Assembly: GCA_963555815.3 (NCBI GenBank) | Contig: CAUVWX020000002.1 | Coordinates: 256,001-320,000 of the forward strand | Length of the DNA stretch: 64,000 bases | Direction of reading: 5' to 3' | DNA from: a bacterium | Lineage (GTDB): Bacteria; UBA8248; JACPRG01; G963555815 | Part shown: positions 57,808-64,000 of the stretch, one piece after another | Numbering within the stretch: the first letter of the stretch is position 1 | Layout of the letters: the number at the start of each line of letters is the position of its first letter | Notes under the pieces: model-generated | Told to the model about the DNA's origin: nothing | Databases searched by the model: none | Seen by the model: only the letters and a program-made list of their open reading frames with translations | Position numbers and translations under genes: made by a program

Positions 57808-60190
57808 ATGGCAGCACTGAGAGCTCACCAGCTCGCTAAAGAGCTAGGGCTTGATAGCAAATCTCTCCTTGTGGTTGCAGAGAAGGCCGGGATTGCCATC
57901 AAGTCCCATATGAGTTCTTTAGACGAGAAAACAGCTCAAAAACTGCGAACCCTTCACGCGAATGGGAAGCTGGTGCTTTCCCCCACGCCGAAAAAAAAAG
58001 GCCGAAACAGGGCAAGCGACTAAAGCGACGGAAGCCCCAAAGAGCCGGGCCGTACGCGCCAAACCAAAAGAGTCCCCCGTAAAAGCGAAGAAATCTCTCA
58101 CAGCGACCTCGAAAAAATCCGTGGCCACGCCCCCGAAGAAAGCGGCTGCTCCGGCGGTCCGATCCGGGGTGGCCCCGGCAGTCGCGAAGACAAAACCTGG
58201 GTCTGTCAAAGAGCCCTCCAAGAAGGCAAAGCAACCGAAAGAGGCGGTTCGAAGACAAAAAGAAGAGGTCAAAGAGCTTGAGGCGCTGGAGCGGGAACTC
58301 GAGGACCTGCTGGTTAAAAAGCCCGCTCCCCCGCCAGAAGACGAGAAGGAGGACGAGAAGGCTACGGAGGCGGCCACGGCTGAGGTCATTGCGCCTGAGC
58401 CGGAGGAGTTTTTAGGGGCCCCTCCTTCTGACAAGAAGGTGCGCATCACTGAGGCCCAGACGGTGAAGGAGCTGGCGGAGCTCCTCGAGATTCCTCCGGC
58501 CGAGGTCATCAAGCACCTGATGGGGGTTGGCATCCTCTCTACGATGAATCAGATTATCGACATTGATGTGGCGGTTTCGGTCGTGCAGAAGTTTGGGCGA
58601 GAAGCCGAGGTCGTAGAGGCGGGCTCCGAGGAACTCCTCTTTGAGGAAGAAGAGGAGGGGGAAGACCATGTGGTGCCCCGTGCCCCCGTCGTCACGGTCA
58701 TGGGCCACGTGGACCACGGAAAGACCCGGCTCCTGGATGCGATCCGCAAGACGAACGTCATCGGACAGGAGGCGGGGGGCATCACCCAGCGCATCGGCGC
58801 CTACCACGTGACGGTAGACAAGGGGACGATTGTGTTCCTGGACACTCCAGGCCACGAGGCCTTTACCGCCATGCGGGCCCGGGGGGTCCAGGTGACGGAC
58901 ATCGTGGTCCTGGTGGTGGCCGCCGACAGTGGCGTCATGCCCCAGACCCGCGAGGCCATCGCCCATGCCCGGGCCGCCGGCGTCCCCATTGTTGTGGCCA
59001 TCAACAAAGTGGACCTGCCGAACGCCAACCCCGACAAGGTGAAAAAGGACCTCACCGAGTTCAACCTGGTCCCTGAAGAATGGGGGGGCGACACCATCAT
59101 GGTCGAAGTCTCGGCCAAGCAGCAGCAGGGGATCGAAGACCTCCTGGAGATGATTCTCCTTCAAACCGAGATTCTGGAGCTCAAGGCGAACCCCAAGCTG
59201 AGGAGCAAGGGGGTCGTCATCGAGAGTGCCATGGACCGGGGTCGGGGCCCGGTGGCGACGGTGCTTGTCCAGAGGGGGACCCTTCAGGTGGGCGACCCCT
59301 TTCTGGCAGGGCTTCATCACGGAAAGGTCCGAGCCCTCATGGACGACCAGGGAAAAAAGGTGGAGTCCGCGGGACCCTCCATGCCGATCGTGGTCCTTGG
59401 CTTCTCCGGGGTTCCGCGGGCCGGAGACTCCTTTGTGGTGGTACAAGACGAGCGAAAGGCCCGTCAGATTGGCGCCCTTCGGCTGAAACGCCAGCACCAA
59501 GAGGAGCTGGCGAAATCCGCCCGGACGAGTCTGGAAGACTTCTTGGAGGGCGTACAAAAGGGGGTCGTGAAGGAGCTTCCCATTGTCCTCAAGACAGACA
59601 CTCAAGGGAGCAGTCAGGCCCTACAGGAGGCCCTCAAGAAGCTCAGCACTGAGGAGGTTAAACTTCGGTTCATCCATCAAGCCGTCGGCGGAATCAGTGA
59701 GTCAGACGTGATGCTGGCGAGTACCTCTCGGGGCATCATCATCGGGTTCCACGTGCGTCCTACCCCTCAGGCCAGCCGGCTGGCTCAGCAAGAGAGAGTC
59801 GACATCCGTCTCTACTCTGTCATCTATGAGGCCCTAAATGATGTTAAGGCGGCGCTGGAGGGCCTCATGGACCCCACCTACCGCGAGGTTGTCCTTGGCC
59901 GGGCAGAGGTCCGCCAGATTTTCACTATTCCCAAGGTGGGGGTCGTGGCGGGCTGCCATGTGACGGAGGGGGTGGTGCAGCGGACGGCTGATGCACGACT
60001 TCTTCGGGACGATGTGGTGGTCTTTGAGGGAAAGATAAGCTCCCTTCGACGCTTCAAGGATGACGTGTCGGAGGTTTCCGGCGGGTTCGAGTGTGGGATA
60101 ACCCTGGATCAGTTTCAGGACGTCAAGCCTGGGGATATCATCGAACCCTACGTCATGCAGGAGGAAGAGCGGAAGGCTAGCCGGGAATGA
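57808..60190 (+). CDS. infB: Translation initiation factor IF-2; frameshift at the A9 run 57991-57999
   Basis: IF2_N domain ([10 protein letters not shown]...KSHMSSL) is in ORF 57808..58023. The rest is in the +1 frame: Lys/Ala-rich linker, [30 protein letters not shown]. Confidence 0.96.
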
Positions 60191-60468
60191 TCGTGGGGAT
60201 CTGCACCATCGAACTGCATATTCACGGAAACCAGTCGCTGAAGGGAAAACGTCGGGTTCTTCGGAGTGTTAAAGACCGCCTGCGCCACCGGTTCAATGTG
60301 TCCATAGCCGAGGTCGATTACCAGGATCTGTGGCAACGCGCCCTCATCGGCGTCACCATGGTGGGGTCCGACCGAGCCCAGGTGGATCGAACCCTCCAGC
60401 ACGTCGTTTCGGCCGTCGAGGGGATGGGTGTTGCTGAACTGGTCGACGCCGAGGTCGAGATCCTATGA
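60187..60468 (+). CDS. DUF503 (YlxP-like) protein
   Basis: SLKGKR...FNVSIAEVD.QDLWQR; conserved position between infB and rbfA. Confidence 0.9.
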   Translation: MIVGICTIELHIHGNQSLKGKRRVLRSVKDRLRHRFNVSIAEVDYQDLWQRALIGVTMVGSDRAQVDRTLQHVVSAVEGMGVAELVDAEVEIL

Positions 60469-60827
60469 AGAGATATACGGACACAGGGCGTCCAGGACGA
60501 GTGGGGGGGGTGGTGCGCCAAGAGCTGGCAGAGCTCCTGCGCACTCATGTGAAGGACCCGCGCGTCGGCTTTGTCTCTATCACCCGGGTCGAGGTCAGTC
60601 CAGACCTCCGGTGCGCCCGAATCCTGGTGAGTGTGATGGGGGACGACAAGGCGAAGCAGGATACCTTAGAGGGTCTCGACAGCGCCAAGACTTTCTTGAG
60701 GAGCCTCCTGGGTCAACGACTTCACCTTCGGTATGTCCCTGAACTCCTCTTCAAGCTGGACGAATCCATCGCCTACAGTGCACATATCCACAGTGTCCTT
60801 GAGCAGCTCAAGATGAACCCCACATGA
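60465..60827 (+). CDS. rbfA: Ribosome-binding factor A
   Basis: KDPR, VEVSPDLR.A, LRYVPEL.F.LD.S. Confidence 0.95.
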   Translation: MKRYTDTGRPGRVGGVVRQELAELLRTHVKDPRVGFVSITRVEVSPDLRCARILVSVMGDDKAKQDTLEGLDSAKTFLRSLLGQRLHLRYVPELLFKLDESIAYSAHIHSVLEQLKMNPT

Positions 60828-60837
60828 GGACCTTGCC

Positions 60838-61761
60838 CTGGAAGGCCTCTTGAATGTCTACAAACTCCCGGGACCGACCTCTCATGATGTTGTGGCTCGC
60901 CTGAGGCGCCATCTGAAGAAGGTTCGGGTCGGTCACTCCGGGACCTTGGACCCCCTCGCCGAGGGTGTCCTTCTCCTCTGCCTCGGAAGGGCCACCAAGT
61001 TCTTTGATTTCCTCATCGAATGCCCGAAGACTTATATCGCTACGCTTCGCCTGGGGATCGTCACGACCACCCAGGATACCGAGGGAGACATCGTCTCCGA
61101 ACGTCCTGTGGGGCCCGTCTCGGCCGATGCCTGGAGGGAGCTCCTCAAAGAGTTCGAAGGGGAGATTGAGCAGCTTCCCCCCATGTTTTCGGCCCGTCGC
61201 CACCAGGGGCGCCACCTCTATGACCTGGCCAGGGCCGGCATCGAGGTGGAACGGGCCCCCAGAAGGACATGGGTGGAGGGCCTGGAGCTTCTTTCCATCG
61301 AGGGTCCCGAGGTGACTTTGAAGGTCCGCTGCGGTCGCGGGACTTATATCAGGACCCTCTGTCAGGACCTGGGGGAGCGCTTTCAGACAGGGGCCCACAT
61401 GGCTCGGTTGACCCGCACGGCCGTGGGTCCTTTTCTAGCGGAAGATTCCATTAGCCTTGAGGCTGCCGAGGATCACGCCATCCACGGCACTCTTGAGGAG
61501 CTGCTTGTGCCCGTCGCCCGGGCCCTGGCTTGTCTCCCCGAAGTCCATTTGGGCCGCCTCCCGCCGGGGGGACTTCGAAAGGGGATGTGGATCGGGGAGA
61601 AAGACCTTCTGGGACCTGCGCCTGAGGGGAGGGCGGGGACTCACTTACGCTTGGTAGACGGAGCAGGCCAGACCCTGGCCCTGGCCCGGTTTGTCTCGGG
61701 AGAGGCTTTTCCCATGAGAGTCAGAAAGGTCTTGAAAACGCCCCTCGCGGTGCAGACATAG
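60838..61761 (+). CDS. truB: tRNA pseudouridine(55) synthase (start uncertain)
   Basis: K.PG.TSHDVV, GH.GTLDP.A.G, Q.PP.FSA, GTYIRTL. Confidence 0.95.
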   Translation: MEGLLNVYKLPGPTSHDVVARLRRHLKKVRVGHSGTLDPLAEGVLLLCLGRATKFFDFLIECPKTYIATLRLGIVTTTQDTEGDIVSERPVGPVSADAWRELLKEFEGEIEQLPPMFSARRHQGRHLYDLARAGIEVERAPRRTWVEGLELLSIEGPEVTLKVRCGRGTYIRTLCQDLGERFQTGAHMARLTRTAVGPFLAEDSISLEAAEDHAIHGTLEELLVPVARALACLPEVHLGRLPPGGLRKGMWIGEKDLLGPAPEGRAGTHLRLVDGAGQTLALARFVSGEAFPMRVRKVLKTPLAVQT

Positions 61762-61801
61762 AGGGGGGATTTGCTATGGTGAGAAGAGAGGAGAGAGGCC
61801 A

Positions 61802-62071
61802 ATGGGCCTAGCGAAAGATGTAAAGGCATCCGTTAAAGAAGAATTCCGCCGGCACGAGGCGGACACCGGGTCCCCGGAGGTCCAGGTGGCCCTCTTGAGC
61901 CAGCGGGTTACTTATCTGACGGAACACTTAAAGCAACACATGAAGGACTTTAGCTCGCGAAGAGGTCTTTTAAAGGTTGTGGGTCGGCGGCGCCGGTTGC
62001 TGGACTACTTGAAGGGGAAGGACGTAGAGCGCTACCGAAATATTATCGAACGGTTGAAGCTTCGCCGTTAG
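61802..62071 (+). CDS. rpsO: 30S ribosomal protein S15
   Basis: [31 protein letters not shown]. Confidence 0.97.
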   Translation: MGLAKDVKASVKEEFRRHEADTGSPEVQVALLSQRVTYLTEHLKQHMKDFSSRRGLLKVVGRRRRLLDYLKGKDVERYRNIIERLKLRR

Positions 62072-62089
62072 AGGAGGGTAAGAAAGTTT

Positions 62090-64000
62090 ATGTATCACAA
62101 GGTGGATGAAGAAATTGGAGGAAGAAAGCTTACCCTTGAGTCCGGGGAGATGGCGAAGCAGGCTGATGGGGCTGTCGTAGTCACGTACGGGGATACTGTG
62201 ATCATCGCCGCCGCTGTCTCCGGGGGTATTCGAGAGGGGATTGATTTCTTCCCCCTCACGATCGACTACCGGGAGAAGTTCTACGCCGGCGGTAAGATCC
62301 CCGGCGGCTTCTTCAAGCGTGAGGGGAGGCCCACAGAGAAGGAGACCGTGACCTGCCGACTCATCGACCGCCCCCTGAGACCCCTTTTCCCCCCGGGTTT
62401 CAAGGAAGACACCCAGGTTATAAGCATGGCCCTGTCGGCCGATATCGCCAACGACCCGGACATCTTGGCCGTCATCGGCTCCTCGGCGGCCTTGACCGTC
62501 TCCGATATCCCCTTCCTGGGGCCGGTGGGAGCGGTCCGAATGGGCCGCGTGGGGGGGAATCTCATCCTCAACCCCACCATTGCCGAACTCCAGGATTCAG
62601 ATCTCAACATGGCCCTGGCCGGCAGCGAGGATTCCATCGTGATGGTGGAGGGGGGAGGGGAGGAGATCCCCGAGGAGGTCCTCCTTGAGGCCTTCGAGGA
62701 AGGGCACAAGGCCATCCAGAAGATTGTCCGCATGCAACAGACGCTCCAGCAGGCGATCGGCAGGCCCAAGCGGGAGTTCGATTCCCCGGAACATGATCCA
62801 GAGCTTGCTGAGCGTCTCAGGGCGCACGTAGGTGAACAGATGGTCGAGGCCATCCTGATCAAGGAGAAACACGAGCGCAAGGCGCGGATGAAAACCCTCC
62901 GGCAGGAGGTCTTCGACAGCTTGGGCGGGGATTCCGAGGACCTCACGAAAAAGCTCAAGGGCCTCTTTGAGGATCTGGAGAACCAGGAGCTCCGCCGTCT
63001 CATTATCGAGCGGGGGCTCCGAGCCGACGGTCGGGGCCTCAAGGATATCCGTTCCATCACAAGCCGTGTTTCCGCTCTCCCGAGAACACACGGATCTGCC
63101 CTTTTCACCCGAGGCGAGACACAGGCCCTTGTGACCGTGACCCTGGGGACCTCGCAAGATGAACAGCGCCTGGATAACCTAGAGACACGGGACTTCCACA
63201 AAACCTTCATGCTTCACTATAACTTTCCCCCCTTCTGTACGGGAGAGACTAAGCCTATTCGGGGACCCGGTCGCCGAGAGATCGGGCACGGTGCCTTGGC
63301 GGAACGCGCCCTTCGCCCCGTCCTCCCCCCCCACGATGAGTTCCCCTACACCATTCGGATTGTGTCGGAGATCCTGGAATCTAACGGCTCTTCCTCCATG
63401 GCGACGGTGTGCGGGGGGAGCCTCGCCCTGATGGATGCAGGGGCTCCCATCCGGTCGGCAGTGGCGGGGATCGCCATGGGGCTCATCCAGGAGGAAGGAC
63501 GCGCCTTCATCCTGACCGACATCCTGGGGCAGGAGGATCACCTTGGGGACATGGACTTCAAGGTGGCCGGGACCCGCAAGGGTGTCACAGGCATCCAGAT
63601 GGACATCAAGATTCAGGGCCTCAACCTTGAGGTCATGCGAGAGGCCCTCGCCCAAGCCCGTGAGGCGAGATTGTTTGTTCTCGACCGGATGGACGAAGTC
63701 CTCACCGAGCCCCGCGCTAACCTTTCGGCCTATGCCCCACGCATCCTCACCGTGAGGGTACGGCCTGATAAAGTCCGGGATGTCATTGGCCCCGGGGGCA
63801 AGATGGTGCGGAGTATCGTCGAGAGGACCGGGGTCTCCATCGACATCGAGGACGACGGCAGCATCACAATTGCCTCTGTCGACGAGAGCGCCGCCCAGGC
63901 CGCTGTGGCCATCATCCAGGATCTGACCCAAGAGGCCGAGATCGGTAAGATCTACCATGGGACGGTGAAGAAGATCATGGATTTCGGTGCCTTTGTTGAA
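62090..64000 (+). CDS. pnp: Polyribonucleotide nucleotidyltransferase, truncated by the window end
   Basis: Own translation from ATG 62090: MAKQADGAV, FFPLT.DY, IPGGFFKREG, RREIGHG, ESNGSSSMA, GDMDFKVAG, KH domain (IGPGGK), start of S1 (DFGAFVE). The frame reaches 64000. Confidence 0.97.
   Translation, partial: MYHKVDEEIGGRKLTLESGEMAKQADGAVVVTYGDTVIIAAAVSGGIREGIDFFPLTIDYREKFYAGGKIPGGFFKREGRPTEKETVTCRLIDRPLRPLFPPGFKEDTQVISMALSADIANDPDILAVIGSSAALTVSDIPFLGPVGAVRMGRVGGNLILNPTIAELQDSDLNMALAGSEDSIVMVEGGGEEIPEEVLLEAFEEGHKAIQKIVRMQQTLQQAIGRPKREFDSPEHDPELAERLRAHVGEQMVEAILIKEKHERKARMKTLRQEVFDSLGGDSEDLTKKLKGLFEDLENQELRRLIIERGLRADGRGLKDIRSITSRVSALPRTHGSALFTRGETQALVTVTLGTSQDEQRLDNLETRDFHKTFMLHYNFPPFCTGETKPIRGPGRREIGHGALAERALRPVLPPHDEFPYTIRIVSEILESNGSSSMATVCGGSLALMDAGAPIRSAVAGIAMGLIQEEGRAFILTDILGQEDHLGDMDFKVAGTRKGVTGIQMDIKIQGLNLEVMREALAQAREARLFVLDRMDEVLTEPRANLSAYAPRILTVRVRPDKVRDVIGPGGKMVRSIVERTGVSIDIEDDGSITIASVDESAAQAAVAIIQDLTQEAEIGKIYHGTVKKIMDFGAFVE

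Noticed and set aside
58000..58400. Lys/Ala/Pro-rich stretch as a separate histone-like protein or repeat
   Set aside because: It is the variable low-complexity linker of IF2, contiguous with the GTPase frame.
1..64000. CRISPR arrays, IS elements, rRNA, defence or toxin-antitoxin loci
   Set aside because: No repeat-spacer periodicity, transposase, rRNA-like segment or unexplained accessory ORF cluster was seen. Nearly all sequence is accounted for by core genes.

Overview
This is a GC-rich, gene-dense core chromosomal segment of a diderm (LPS-producing) bacterium. The gene order resembles Deltaproteobacteria/Nitrospinota-like lineages (inference from synteny only). Almost all genes are on the + strand. 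Contents in order: partial cinA-like gene, a degenerate thermonuclease-fold lipoprotein, tRNA-Glu/tRNA-Gln/gltX, two transporters, aspS-era-recO-argS, lipA-hom-thrC-apgM-lysC-cimA-glyQS, ppdK, ribD-E-BA-H-nusB-leuS-lptE-holA, rpsT, murJ-xerD-phoH-7TM/HD-ybeY-HIT-lapA-mutS, DUF4390-ntrY-(ntrX::lpxC)-purM-purN, rhomboid-lolA-rseP-ispG-proS and rimP-nusA-infB-DUF503-rbfA-truB-rpsO-pnp (partial). No mobile element or CRISPR array was seen. The standout is a single 722-aa ORF (46150-48318). It fuses an NtrX-type response regulator (intact receiver, degenerate sigma54-activator AAA+ domain, Fis-type HTH) to an apparently catalytically intact LpxC, directly downstream of an NtrY-type kinase and a DUF4390-like protein. 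This suggests direct two-component control of the committed step of lipid A synthesis. Secondary observations include a likely ATA start for ribH, a dif-like AT-rich site behind xerD, and an ApgM-family gene where thrB would be expected. Several single-base frameshifts in short homopolymers (recO, purM, infB, probably mutS and truB) look like sequencing or assembly errors.
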